Positions 1-13,374 of a stretch of DNA of 64,000 nt are shown here, one piece after another. How positions within the stretch are numbered: the first letter of the stretch is position 1; the number at the start of each line of letters is the position of its first letter. The notes below the pieces were generated by a model. That model had not been told where the DNA came from. It did not search any database and saw only the letters and a list, made by a program, of their open reading frames with translations. The stretch is from Curvularia clavata. Its lineage: Eukaryota. Location of the stretch: contig CP089275.1 in NCBI GenBank assembly GCA_023920165.1, positions 1,612,001-1,676,000 on the forward strand, in the 5' to 3' direction. The position numbers and the translations under genes were made by a program.

Positions 1-1198
1 TCCCAACCTATCCTGCGGTTATGGACGAGGCATCCATCAGCGCTGGACTCACTCTCCCCTATGCCGCAGTCGCTCTCCTTGGATCTGGTGGCGCTGTAGC
101 TACGCTGCTTGTAGTCTTCATGGCTGTCACTTCCGCCTTCTCTGCTCAGCTCATCGCTGTATCCAGTATCCTGACGTATGATATCTACGGCACATACATT
201 AACACCACTGCTAGCGGCCGTCGTCTTGTGTACACTTCTCATGTATGCGTGTGCGGATTTGGACTAGTCATGGCTGGGTTTTCAACAGGACTGTGGTACG
301 CCGGCATTAGGTGAGTTACAGCCAATCCAGTCCGGCGATCCAAGATTCGCTAACATGAACTAGCATGGGATGGCTGTACGTCTTCATGGGCGTCATAATC
401 TCATCTGCAGTGCTCCCAGCTACTCTCACCTTGATGTGGAAAGGCCAGAACAAATGGGCAGCTACTCTGTCCCCAGTTCTAGGACTGTGCTGCAGTATCA
501 CCGCCTGGCTCGTGACCACCTCCAAACTGAACGACGGAGTTATCACTGTAGAAACTTCTGGCGCCAACAACCCTATGCTGGCGGGTAATGTTGTCGCTCT
601 GCTGTCTCCTCTCATTTTTATCCCTGTCCTCACTTTGATCTTCGGAATGGGTAAGTGACCATCTTCTGCTGATGCAATACAACTGCTAACTTAAGGTCAA
701 GATAACTACGACTGGGTATCTATGAAGAACATTCGACTGGTCGACGATTCAGACGTCACCGCAGCCGCACACATGGATCTCGAGGCTGTACATGGCCGCC
801 ACGGTGTTCTCTCGCCAGAGGCAGAAGCTGCTGAGCAGAAGAAGCTCTTCCGCGCCTCGAAGATTGCCAAAATCACTACTGCGACAATGACTCTGATTCT
901 CCTGGTTCTTTGGCCCATGCCTCTGTATGGCACCGGTTACATCTTCAGCGAATCGTTCTTCTCTGGCTGGGTCATTGTCGGTATCATCTGGCTCCTGTGC
1001 TCCACTATGGCGGTAGGTGTTTACCCGCTGTGGGAGGGCCGAGAGAGCCTGATACGCAACTTTGGTGGCATGTGGCGCGATATCACGGGTAAGGGTGGCC
1101 GTCGCACGGGTCCTGTCACGGTGGTTGAGGGAGAGAAGATGGCGGATTCAGGCACGCACACGCCCAAGGAGGCGGATGCAAAGGCTTTGGAGAAGTAA
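1..1198 (+). CDS. DUR3: Urea/polyamine active transporter (sodium:solute symporter family), 3' part; the gene starts left of the window
   Basis: Many TM helices with [53 protein letters not shown] and [13 protein letters not shown]. Introns 311-363 and 651-701 (GT..AG, CTAAC branch) join the ORFs in frame; stop at 1196-1198. Confidence 0.9.
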
Positions 1199-2007
1199 AC
1201 GGAGATACCCATGCGTAACGATTGGAATACGCTTAATGCTTTGCTTCTTGGCGTCTTGAATTCTAGACTGAAGCCATTCATTGGAAATAAAATCCTAGTT
1301 TCGAAGCGTTCTGCTGTACGTCAATGTATTGAACATTCCCAACTGCTGCCGGCTATGAGGCAGTCCAGACAGCGGTTAATTACCACAATGGGAAAGCTTA
1401 CCGCAACCCAGTAGTGCTCACCTCTTGTGGGAACGGCCCTTCAAACACCTGACCATCATCCACCCGGTATTACGGTGCACCACGAGATGGGCCTGGTTTC
1501 CTCCCCACTCAAGCTTTGCAAGTTCAGTTCACCCCGCCAACCAAGCCTCCCACCATATTCCGTGGGGTCGTACTATTCCAGGAGCTCCCCCTCTCCCGCT
1601 GACCCGGTAATACGCCCCATAACCCGCGCGACTCCAAAATAGGCATTCAGGGCAGGAAGATCTGCACAGACCAGCCCGAATTGCGCCATTGGAGAGTCAC
1701 AAACGAGCGCGATGATTGCAGGGAAATTTGTCCATTCCCAATAGTACAGTTTCTACTTCTGGGATCTACCTAGGTACAAACAATAACTCCGCGGGTCCTG
1801 CCATTTTAATTCAGGCGGAATGCAAAGGGCTCGGGGTATATCTGCACCGAGTGAGGAGAAGAAGAACACCTCTCCAGGCCGTTCTTTGAACTTTGCACGG
1901 AATATATTAAAAAGTATAAAACTGCGACAGTAGTACATAACGATGGACCTGCTTTGGCCAAGACCAATCGTCAGCATCACCAACGGGGGTCCGCAGATTA
2001 ATCCACC

Positions 2008-3818
2008 ATGAGCCCTCTTCTCACGTCTATTGGTGTCACTACACTGGCCGTACTGGCTACTGCATCTCCCTTCCCCGAACGCAATGCTCCAAAGCAACCT
2101 CGAAGCTTTCTAAAAGAACTCGGCCCTTCGACCTGGGTCCTAGGCAACGACCTCTGGAACGTAACTCAAGGTGCCCAGTATGCGACCAAATTGATGTACA
2201 AAGGCAAAGACCGGGTTGGCAACGCAGTAGGACACTACGTTAGTTACAGTACGTCCTAGACTTTGCATTCACGACGCCATCTAACAAATCCAACCGTACA
2301 GACGGCGCCGCGTCCGACTTAAATTGGACATCGGCCGCGATTGTCGACTCAGGCCCAGACTGGCTCAACATCCGCTTCACAGCCGCCGAAGGCGACTTCC
2401 ACTGGGTCCTTCACGACACTCTGCCCGGCGCATATCAATACTTTGTCAACCGGGCGCTTCCCACACTAGGAGAATTCCGCACGCTCTGGCGCCTCTCCAA
2501 CACGTCCTTTCCGAACGCCCACACCAACGTAAAAGATGGCGCTCTCCCTCAATTCTCAGAATACCTCAACGCCACCAACGTGCAAGACGAAACATGGCAG
2601 AAACCCGATGGCACCTTCTTGACAAAATACGACTGGGCTGCTTTCTTACGCGATCAGACGGCTTACGGGGTGTACGGCCCAGAGGTAGGTAGCTGGTACA
2701 TTCACGCAGGCCATGAGTATTTCAACGGCGATCACTTGAAGCAGGAACTCATGCTGCATCGGGAGTCGAAAACAGGGGATACGGTACAGCTGAATATGCT
2801 GCATGGGACACACTATCAAGCCATTTCGCGTGACGCTTTTGCTACGGATGGAAGTAAGATCTGGGGGCCGTGGCTATGGTATTTGAATGACGGGAGTGTG
2901 CGGGATGCGGAGGTGCGATGGGAGAAAGAAGTGAAAGAGTGGCCGTATAAGTGGTTTAAAGATAGTGCGTATCAGGCTCGTGGCAAAGTGGAAGGAAAGT
3001 TGGTGCTAGGGGACGGCAGACCGGCGGCTGGCGCGGCGGTGTTTCTGGGTGATGATCGCAACGAGACGGTGTCGACGCTGGATCAGGGAAAGGGGTACTA
3101 CTACACTGGATACGCGGATGCAGAGGGCCGATTCCGCTTTGACAATGTGCGTACGGGCACGTATGGCTTGTATGCTTGGGCGAATGGCGGCAATGTTATG
3201 GAAGATGTCACGACAAACTTTACGCACAACGATGTGAGCGTTGCAAAGGGCGAGACGACAAAGCTGCAGGAACTCAATTGGCCTGTGACGGAGGCTTCGA
3301 AACGTATTTTTCAAATTGGGGCCCTGGACCGCAAAACAGATGGGTTTTATCTCGCGGACCCGGCACATCCTGTGGAGCACGCACGCCTGGACAAGTGCCC
3401 TGCGAACCTGACGTATACCGTAGGTACCAGTTCGCCAGCGAAGGATTGGTGCTTTGCACAGAGCAAGCTGGGGACATGGTCTGTTTCTTTTTCTTTGCCC
3501 TCCTCCATCTCCTCGTCTAGCAACAGCACGACTCCTGCTGCGAACTTGATTCTTTCTCTCGCTGGGTTTTCGCAGGGATCCAGCGCGGATGTACTGCTTA
3601 ACGAGGCGCGCATCGGAAATATTTCCAGTGCGAGTTTGCTGAATAGCCAGGATACGTATCGTGGTGCTACAAGAGCCGGGGAATGGCGACGTTTGCAGTT
3701 TGAGGTTCCGCAGGGCCTGCTAAGACAAGGGCAGAGTAATAGGCTGGATGTCAGGGTCACCAAGAGTGCGCAGTGGAGGGGGTGGCTTTGGGACAGTCTG
3801 GTTCTGGAAGTTGTGTAG
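2008..3818 (+). CDS. Secreted rhamnogalacturonan lyase, polysaccharide lyase family 4
   Basis: Signal peptide; motifs GHYVSYNG, LGEFRTLWRL, QDETW..DG...TKYD, EYFNGDHLKQELM and WGPWLWYLNDGS; carboxypeptidase-regulatory-like middle domain; C-terminal LWDSLVLE. Intron 2249-2301. Confidence 0.9.
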
Positions 3819-4521
3819 AGCCCCATGTTGGAGAAAAAAACCAATACATTTTGATACATCTCATACACAGTGATGCGAAAGGAGTGAATCAAGAGTCAAG
3901 TCGAGCAGACTAGAATCTTTTTATTCCCATTTCCACGCAATGCAAATATCCCTGTTTTCCGTGGCCATACCAATTCCATGCACCCTAGACAGTATTTGAG
4001 AAACAAATAGAGAAAGCAAAGATACCAAATCAAGTATACGCTGAGTGTATATAAATACATAGAAGAGAGAGAAGGCTGAAATGAATGGCTCGGATCGGCA
4101 AGGATCCACCTCCAAGTGTAAAGTTCAAATAGTAGGACAAACAGCAGGGAAACTGATTAGGACGGAGGCCAGGTCCATATTGTCAAAATGCAAAAACAGA
4201 GCTTCATAACACAAACACCATGGCTAAAGCGCAAAGCCTGTACAGTCGCAAATTACCATTCGCCATAGCGCTAACACATACGGCCGTTTCAAAGGGGTGT
4301 TGTGGAGGCGTGCAAATGCAACGCAGAAGGAAGAAAGAAATTCGTAAGGGCTGTGGAGCCGAGAGAGGGCAACGTATTCGCTGATGTACAGTTGCCGGAC
4401 TGGGACAAGTCTATAGGGTCGTGATCTCGTGTTTACAAGGGTATCGGTTTCTTTTGGGGAGATTATGCTGGTGCAGCCCTCGAATCTCCAGGCGTTGTGA
4501 TACAGAATGCAAGGATGTATG

Positions 4522-7500
4522 CTATTGGGGATTCCAGAGCGGTAGCGCTCTGCGGTCGTAACGTCCCCATGGCTTTGTTAGTACAGGTAATGTATTCCTC
4601 CTCTTTTCATAGCCTTTTGGAGCGACCGGCTTTTTCTTTTTCTCAACATCTGGATCGTAGTAGTGAGAGGCCGTGACTGGGACCTTGAACTCCTGCGTGC
4701 TAAGGGGAAGTGTGTATTTGAAGTTGCCTCGGACAATGAGTTCAAACGGATGTTGCAGCACTTCTTCCCAGCGTTCGCTGCCCCCTGCTTCGGTCTTGTT
4801 CCCTGGGTGGTCTAGACGAAGCTCACCGATGGATTCGGCGCGATGCCGCTGGAAAAAGGAGCCTTCAAAAGTTAAAGGCGAGTCAAAACGGGCAACACGG
4901 CCAAGCAACATGGTGCGGGGTTCGCTTTCGATTGGATCGGTTCCCTCGTCAACTCCTCCTGTGGCGGAGCGGGCATGCACGTTGTGGGACTGGTCTTGAA
5001 CGGGTATCCAATCTTCCATGTTGTCAGGCGGTCCGTTTCCATGCTCCCGCCACCAAGTATCGGAACCGACGTGCTTGCTCTTAGCAAACACAGAAACGTT
5101 CATATCTGCAACAGTAACGCCAATAATGTTGGGATTGACGGCATCCACGATGAGATCCAGGATGACCTCTTGTTGACTTGCAACAACATTCTGGATATCA
5201 CGCACGACAAGACTCGTGAGAGGCTTCGTGGTCGCAAAGACGAGTCCAACAGCGCAGAAGACGACTACCAAGAGTAGGATAGAGAGGACCAAACATCCAG
5301 CGAAGCGACGGCACCATCCGCCATCTCGGTGATGGCGGCGTTCGAGATGGCGTATGGTCGCGCTGTTCCTTTGACGAGGCGTACGGGCTCGCGGGCTTCG
5401 ACCAGAGATGAGCGGGGTGCGTTCGTCGTCGGCTGCGTTTTCGGCATCAATGTCGTATGCGGCCGAGTACTCGCCACTCTTCTTGCTGCCGTTGCTGTGG
5501 CCGTTGCCAACGCGAAAAGTGTGGAAGCGAGGACTGTTTGGTTGCGACGTGTTTCGGGAGGCTGGCCCACGGTTACGCGAAGGCTGCGCCATGGATGAGT
5601 CACTGTCCATGACAATGTGGTTGAGTCCACCTCGACCCTGGCCATATCTGCCGCCGATGTGGTGATGATGGCTGCCTCCACCAGCTCGGCCCGAACCTGA
5701 ACGTACAGTGCCCTCACCCCGATCGTCACCATCAATACTCGAGTTCATGTACGGGGGATTAAACTTGAACTTGGTACTGCTCTTCTTGCTGGGATGCTTT
5801 TGGCTGTCGCGTAATTGGAGCTGAGGATTTGTGAGGCTTGCTAGTGATGTCATGCTTGGCGTTCGCGAGTGGTGTCCTCCTCGGCTGCGATGAGGGGGGT
5901 CGGGGGGATTTGATTCGTAGATGAAGGTGGCGTCTGAGTCTGAGGAGTCGGCCTCGTCGACGGCACTGGCTACTTTTTGTTCGAAGACGTCTGCCTTGGA
6001 AGAAGCTGCGCGGTGGCTTGCGTTAGTGCTTGAATAAAAATAGCTGAGTTGAGGGGGATAGAAACCAGACACGCGTAGTTCTGAGCTCGTGGGGGATATG
6101 GTCGACAGCGATGGCTGTTCGTCATACGAGCGGTAGGAACCAGGGCTGCCTCGCGACGAAGGTGTGTTGGAGAGCACACCAGAGTCGGGCCGGGTCTGGG
6201 CATGATGGGGATATGAGATGAGGTGCAACCTACCGGTGCCAGCATTGATGGAAGGGGCTTTTCGCTTTGCGGGCTTCTTGTCCTTTTTTGGACGTATTGT
6301 TTCGTTGCTGGGCTTCAGGCGTATGCCACCGTCGGGGCGACCCGAGGCGGAGCGATCCTGGTTCACGATGGAGGCCTGGGCGACCGAGGGCACCGTTTCC
6401 GTTTCGACCGTCATGTTGCGCAGCGGCGGGTCGCGTGCGCGGGTCGACATGGACGACAGCGATGGTTTCGCAGAGACAGAGTGCTGAGGGCGCTGGCCGT
6501 AAGTCGAACGCTGCTCCTGCACCTTGGCCTTCTTTGCGCTTTTGGACGCGCTGTCGCTTCCGCTTTCGGTATGCTTGGGGTGATCGTGCTTGAGGGAGTC
6601 GTGTTTGGAGCTGCTGAGGTCTTCGGTGACTTTTGAGTTGACGTCATTTCGATCCGAATCGGATTTGTGGGCGATGACTGAAGAAGCAAAGCTAAAGGTG
6701 AAGCGTTAACAAAGTTTGCGGATGGCAACGGAAATTGGGCCCGCGATTAGTCTAACGTGCGTCGCGATGACAAACAGTGGGGCCGTTGCGGGGAAAAACG
6801 TACCTTTGCGGCTCTAGACCATGAAATCCGGAAGTGGCAGGCGAGCTAGACTCTTGGACTGTTTCCAGCTTGGGCGGCTGCCCGCTTGACGGGCGAGGCG
6901 GCGGTGCCTTTATGGTTTGCGTCGGCTCATCTGGCTCGCTCGTGGCGCCATCTTCGGGCACAGCCAGACGGGGTGGCGAGGCAGGCGACGAGCTCTGGAC
7001 GATGATGGCAGGCGTCGACTGCGTCTCTGGCTTCTTGATCTGCGAGCGCAGCGAGTTCCTCCGCGAGTGGGAGAAGCGGTCGTCGGAGGGTGGTGGTGAC
7101 TTAAGGCGCGGCGAGATGGGCCAATGGGGCGTGGAGTCGGTTGTTGCCGACTTGGACGGGGGTTTGGAGGAACGTGGTGCTCGCGCAGGGTCGGGCGTGA
7201 GCTCCGGTATGCTTGTGGCTGAGTGGGCACGCTGCACGGCTGGTGTAGGAGCACCTGGGGTGGTTGAGTTTGCGAGACTGGAGGTCCGGCTGGGGCTCGC
7301 TTCGGTGCTGCTCTTGCGTGAACGGAAGCCAGGCCTTACAGCGGAGCCGGCGGCAGGCACATTGCGCTGGTAGGGACGAGCAGGAGAGGCTTCTCGCGAG
7401 GACAGGGGCGACGACGACGAGATGGACGGGTTGAGAGGGCGCTGGCCGGCCAGCGTGTGTTGGCGCATGGATGCAGTGGATGAGGTGGTGTTTGCGGTGG

Positions 7501-7750
7501 AGGAAGCAGCAGCAGCAGCAGGAGGAGCGGTCGAGGAGCTGCTCGCGGGGTTGCTGTGGGGCGCGGTGGGCGCAGTGGATTCGGTGAGGTGGTGGTGGTG
7601 AGGGTGTTGTTGTGGGAGCTGGCGTGGTGAGTGGGTGACGGGCGACGACGTGGCCGTGGACGTGGGCTCAGCACTCTCGAGGGCACCGGTGATGGAGTGA
7701 AAGGCGTCGTCGTCGGCCGGGCGCAGAGAGTCGGTGTCGGAGTCGGTCAT
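4522..7750 (-). CDS. VAC7: Vacuolar segregation protein Vac7-like (Fab1 regulator), one TM helix plus luminal domain
   Basis: Long S/P-rich N-terminus; ASSKADVFEQKVASAVDEADSSDSDATFIYESNP; DERTPL; TM helix followed by TTKPL..IQNVVASQQE..AVNPN and HPFELIVRG. Introns 6692-6803 and probably 6006-6233. Confidence 0.85.
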
Positions 7751-10481
7751 GATGGTTTGCTACGGGCGGACGTGCTTTTGCTTCAATGGGCAATGGACGC
7801 CGTGGCATGCTGAGCGTGAGCTGGCTCGGGCGCGTCGCTGGCCGTGATGGGGCCTGGATAGCAGCGAGGCCCGGGTTGCAAGGGGCGGTCAACCCACACG
7901 AGGCCGGTGGAGCAGCAGCTTGACGGGCGGAGTACGCGGCGCACAGCCGTTGGACGCAGAAGCGAAGTGTGGAATCTTTTTGCAGCAGAAACGGGGCAGC
8001 GGACGGAGTGGATGAGGTCGAGGGCAGCCCAAGCAGGCCCAGTCGACGCCCTCGGGAACGCTGACGCGCACCCGAAGCCAGATCCAGGCACGAACCGAAA
8101 CCTGCCAGCGCATCGCCCCAGCCCTGTAAACCGCCCCTACTGCGCCCATATACCGCGCCCATGCCGCCTGTCAGCTGAGCGCAGCCCGTTGCCGTCATGG
8201 CCCAAGTCTGGTGCTGCCCGCGACACAGGCGACGGCGAGCCAGTGTTGCCCCCTCGCGCTCGACGGCACGTGACAAAAGCAAACAAGAGGGACGCTCTGA
8301 TATTTCCCTTGGGCCGTTCGGATGGCGCGCAGGGACGATCCGGCTGGCTACTAGTAGTATGCACATACTGTACTGTACACATTACTACGAGTACATGCAA
8401 GTACTGCTGCCTGTCAGGACCACCACGGCATCCAACGACTGAGACGCCTCCACGTGCCTGACACCCCACCCCCATCCCACCCATCTACCGTCGACGGCCA
8501 CACGCTTGCTATCGTCTCCCACTCGGCTGCCGCTGCTCGCCCAAGGCTCGGCTCGTTCTGACCTCAGCGCCTTGGCCACTCATGACGCCTCGCCGCGCTG
8601 GTTTGGTACCACCCACACTTTGCTCTCCCGCGCCAACGACATAGCACTCCGACAACAAAAAAGCAAAAGGAAACAGACACGCCGATGCCGAGCGATTGTC
8701 TTGCATCAGCGCTTACCGTGGTTGCTTCAGCCATGCTCGGGCGGTGTAGCTGCGATTTGTACAACAAACATTATCAACTAGCCTCGTCAACTTTTTTACA
8801 GCCTCATCCCGCGCACCCCATTCTATTTGTCCTTTCCACCATGCCCCCAGCCCTGCCCCACCCATCTTGATACCAAATTGGCTATCAATCAAATACCAAA
8901 GCATGCCCTAGACTGTTTCGGACCTGTGCGACTCAGTTCCCCGACCAACTTCAACCGTATTGTAGAGCAGATCAGCGCAGTCAAGCCGTACATACACGAC
9001 ACACTAGCCACATGCAGCCATTTCCAAACACACAGCTCACCTCGGGTTCTGGTCCGCAATCACATCTTTTCGGACAAAAAGCCCAGAGACACGCCATGCC
9101 CCAAAAGAACAAAGCTTCACTCATGTGACAGAAACCCGTGCATATCTCGAGTACGCAGGTACTCTTGTCCTATGCCAGCCCGTAACTGGCATGCAAAGCA
9201 TAACATGCACGCTTCAGCTACACAATCAGTCCACTGCGTGGTCTTGTTTCTTCCCCCCCCCCCCCCCGATGTTACCATCGGTACGCTCAGGGAATTCCAA
9301 ATACAATTCCAACGTGCCAAAGCAACACGAAAGCATCTGACGTCGACTCCTCCATCTGCTGAAAATAGAGCTGGCTGCTGATATTATTAGCAACAAGTGT
9401 ACGCCTTACATGCTGCAACCAAGCGTTGCGTAACGGACCTGGGGCGAAACAAAGGTATCTAAAGGCCGAAAAGGATTATGCATGCTCGCATCGCTATCCA
9501 GTACTGAGTATCCACCGATATGTGTCTCGTGATACACGACCGGTCTTCGAAGAAAACATCTGTGCTGGATGATTGCTCATCAGCATGTCCCGAATTGGAC
9601 CATGTGACAGGTCACGTGATGTTGGCAACGTCGGACGCCACTTCCGTCTCCCAAGCCGTTGCAGGCTGCAAGTAATGACATCGCTATCGATAAACACGGG
9701 CCTTCTCTCCACCTCCATGTCGATCCCATGCGCACAATCTCACAACCACCGATGCACCCGCACTGCACTCTCGCGACACATCTTGCGCTAAAACAACTAC
9801 ATCCACCCTTCGTCCTCCCCACTATCACCACCACGTCACCCTCATCTCTGCATCCCGCTTTTCTGCATAAACATATCCTCCTGTCATGCCTCTTCTTAGA
9901 ACTGCATAAATTCTTTGCTCTTCCTACCGTCCTTTCATCCCCTGCTTGCATGAAGACGTTCAATTTGCATCTGACACACGCTTAACCCGCAGGGTAACCC
10001 TTCGCTTCTCCCGCTCTGCCCAAAACAACCCGCCAACCACAGTGACTGGGAGCGTTTCAACTCACAACTAGAAGGTCTCTTGCGGCTGCTGTTTCTGCAT
10101 TTGCGTGCCGACATACCATGACCCAACTTGAATCCATGCCTGGCTCCATCTCTCTACCGGGATGCAAGGAAATGAAGAGCCCTTTTTCAGTCAATCACCT
10201 TTCTTTTTCAGCCCTGAGGGTGTGAAACGAAACGTTGATGTGACAGGCCGTACTTAGGTATCTATCTGCCAAACATTGGGACGCGGAATCTGGTAAGACC
10301 ATGCCATAGAGGCTGCCGTCAACGTGACCGCGGAGGGAGTACCACAGGACAGGTACCATTGAATATAAACTCAAAAATTGCCTTCTTTTTTCTCACCCGG
10401 GCCATCTCACTCCTTTTGTTTTCTTTTTCTCGGTCCTGTTCCTATCACTCTCCTTTCGTGCATCGGTATTTATTCTCCACC

Positions 10482-11747
10482 ATGCCGTCCTTTGCTTTCT
10501 GGAAAAGCTCAAAGACAGAAGAGGTAGCTCAGGAGCCACTTCTTGCCGTGGACGCAGTACCAAATGAATCAAAAGGCTCAACTATTGTACCAAAGAACCT
10601 GGATCTCGACCCAGGAAACGAAGATTCTGGTGTTTTCCTCTTCGACGAATCAGACCTCCCAGCCCAAGAGACGCCACTTTTGCAACAAGAGGAAGTGACA
10701 ATGGGTGCGGACGCCATCTCTTTAAGAGATGCGTCCAATTTCTGCACATCTAACAAAGATGTTGATCGGGTTTATCCAAGTCCGGGCACCTCCCCAGAGC
10801 AATCGTGTCTTTCGCCTGCAGTTCCCCAAAGCATATCCAGCGAGACTCATTTCAAGAAACCTCGAGTAATAGTCAAAGTAACCAGAAAAGCCCCATCACC
10901 AGAGGAACAGAAACCAGACCTGAATACCCACCACGATAGCCCTGCATATTCATCTCGACCCACGTCTCTCAATGCTATCGACACCACTCTATCGAGAGTC
11001 TCATCCATCACCTCAAAACATGCCACTCCTACTAGGTCACTCGCTCCCCAACGAACAGAGTCCCTTGCCCGTCTCCGCAGACCAGCAGAACTAAACCTCT
11101 CAACCAGTCCCACCACCTCAGACGCCAGTCGGCCACGCTCCGAACTCGAGCAGCGCCATGCTCTAATCCGCAACTCCAAAACGCAATCCAAAGCCGCCCT
11201 GCGCTCCCCGACTGCGCTGCTCGAAGAACGCCTCAACCAATGCACATCTAACCGCGACCTCCAGCAACGCCCCTCACCCAAAACCCGCGTCTTCACTCCC
11301 CCACCACCCACTCCCGAAAACGGATGCTGGATCCCCGGTCCAGGCGCTCAGGCCAACCCTTTCACCAGCTCCTCCATTCGTGCATGCACAGAAGCCACCA
11401 AACGCCCCGCGTGGTGGTGTAAATTCGACAAACTCGTCGTTTTCGACGGCATGTGCGATGATGGCAAGGGTACGCTTGAGATATGCACGAGGACGAGCAA
11501 GGGGCTTACTATTGCGCGCCGTCGTGGCGAGCTAGAGTCCATTGTCATGCCCCTGGGCTGTGCACATTGTCAGGATATGCTGAAGAGGCATGAGTGGAAG
11601 TACGATATGCGTGTTTGCAAGCGCAATGTTTGCTGGGAGTGCAGAGAGAGGTGTCTGTGGGAGTGGGAGGAGGAATTGAGGGGACGTGCGGCGGATAAGG
11701 CGGATGGGAGTAGGGAGCGAGCGGATAGTGTGTTGCAGGAGGGATGA
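10482..11747 (+). CDS. Hypothetical protein: disordered N-terminus and Cys-rich C-terminal domain
   Basis: Long ORF with ATG in CACCATG context at 10482. C-terminus PAWWCKFDKLVVFDG...CAHC...VCKRNVCWECRERC. Confidence 0.7.
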   Translation: MPSFAFWKSSKTEEVAQEPLLAVDAVPNESKGSTIVPKNLDLDPGNEDSGVFLFDESDLPAQETPLLQQEEVTMGADAISLRDASNFCTSNKDVDRVYPSPGTSPEQSCLSPAVPQSISSETHFKKPRVIVKVTRKAPSPEEQKPDLNTHHDSPAYSSRPTSLNAIDTTLSRVSSITSKHATPTRSLAPQRTESLARLRRPAELNLSTSPTTSDASRPRSELEQRHALIRNSKTQSKAALRSPTALLEERLNQCTSNRDLQQRPSPKTRVFTPPPPTPENGCWIPGPGAQANPFTSSSIRACTEATKRPAWWCKFDKLVVFDGMCDDGKGTLEICTRTSKGLTIARRRGELESIVMPLGCAHCQDMLKRHEWKYDMRVCKRNVCWECRERCLWEWEEELRGRAADKADGSRERADSVLQEG

Positions 11748-11964
11748 AAGAGCGTGGTTTGAGTTGGCAATCAAGTGAGACGAGTAGGATTGTGGTGGAC
11801 GCTTGATACGGTCACATGAAAAAATGGCACAGGCTAGCATTTACGAACGGAGTTTTCATCTTCTCTTCTTCTTCTCCTTTCTTTCCTTTCTAGAGTCTAG
11901 ATATCAACTAGATACCGCGGCAGAAATATACAAGATATACATCAACAATACATCAACATCTTGC

Positions 11965-12822
11965 TCAATCCAAATCCATCGCATCCTCCATATACTCAAA
12001 CGGCATATCATCCTCAACCTCCATACTATATCCATACTCCTTTGGCTCAAAATCCCGACTCGTCACCCCATTCTTCGCGCCACCTTTCTGCTCATAATCC
12101 CGCACCAGCCCATACGCCAGTTCGCAACCCCCAATAATATTCCGCAGCATAACCTCGAGCTGCAATTCTTCCAATCTCACATTCCTCCTCGCCTCATTCT
12201 GGCCCTCACCCTTCCCATCTGCATCCTTCCACGCATTCCGATACTCCTTGGCAATCCCCAACTGCAACCTTACCTCGTGGATTCCAAGGGCCCCCGCCAG
12301 CGGGCCCTGCTCGTCATCCAGCGCTTCCAGCAAATTGGCGTGGAAAGCGTGCGACGCCATTGGCCGCGTGCGGTGCAAATCCGGATTCGTCTCGTAGCGC
12401 AGCGCGTTGAAGTTTTGCCGTGGAATGGAACCAGAGATGGAGATGCCAAAGATGGAGAGGCAAGAGGTCATGTAGCGTTCTAGTAGCGTGTAGAATTCGA
12501 AAAAGTCGACTTTGAACATGGATTCGGCTTGGGCCTGGAGAGGGTTAGTATCACAGTCGTGGTTGGTGTTGGGGTGAGAATGGTACTGTACGCTGGATGC
12601 GCCGCTGCCCATGGGGTGCGAAGGACCACTGTGGGAGTGCTGCTGGGCAGTTGCTTGGACGATTTCCATGGTGCGGAGATAAGATACCATGAGCATTTCG
12701 GCTTTCCAGCGGAGACGGCCGAGTAGTCGTTCAATGCGGTCTTTGTCTTGTTTGAGCTTTTCGGCTTTGGACTGCGCGAGGGTCTCGGCCGGTGTTTTTG
12801 GGGCGTACTTGGAGGAATTCAT
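11965..12822 (-). CDS. Hypothetical helical protein
   Basis: Intronless 285-aa ORF with coding-like codon usage; segments FKVDFFEFYTLLER, HAFHANLLEAL and AKEYRNAWK. Confidence 0.75.
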   Translation of the reverse strand: MNSSKYAPKTPAETLAQSKAEKLKQDKDRIERLLGRLRWKAEMLMVSYLRTMEIVQATAQQHSHSGPSHPMGSGASSVQYHSHPNTNHDCDTNPLQAQAESMFKVDFFEFYTLLERYMTSCLSIFGISISGSIPRQNFNALRYETNPDLHRTRPMASHAFHANLLEALDDEQGPLAGALGIHEVRLQLGIAKEYRNAWKDADGKGEGQNEARRNVRLEELQLEVMLRNIIGGCELAYGLVRDYEQKGGAKNGVTSRDFEPKEYGYSMEVEDDMPFEYMEDAMDLD

Positions 12823-13374
12823 AGTGCTTGATAATGATATGGGTGGGTTGTTTATGAATGCAAATTGTGGGGTTTAGATTGCGCTGTAGAGTCAAACATC
12901 CGTTACTTATATGCTGCTGTTAATGTTATAGCAGGTTGCGTAGTAGATACTCCATAATGTGCACAGTGATCCAGGCGTACATTGTGTGTTATGAGCGCAA
13001 ACCCGGGCGCGTACTGTTACCGACGTTGTAAGGCTGTGCTTGGGCCGTTCGCGCCGAGGCAGCCTTACGCTATCACCAACTCAACGCATTATTCTCACCG
13101 CATGTAGTGAATGCTGGGCACAGGGGTGCAAAGATGTCTGTTCATGGAATATCTTTGTGGAAAAACAAAGTTTCTGGGTTATCTTGTCAATTCGTGACAG
13201 CAACGTCATCGTCTCAGGTTCATTCCCAAAGCGGCTTAGCTTGGTTCGTCCTGTCTACCTTCAGCTGCTTCTGAGCCGCTCCTATCCTGACGTTTACACG
13301 GAAATGCAGCGACTTGGTTGCTGATTCATCAAGATTGCTAACTATCTGTCGTTCATCTCAATATTCAATTCAAC

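Noticed and set aside
1500..1925. CreA-like SYGGRG, CCGCCAA and TATAAA motifs upstream of the lyase
   Set aside because: Plausible for a pectinase promoter, but too degenerate to call.
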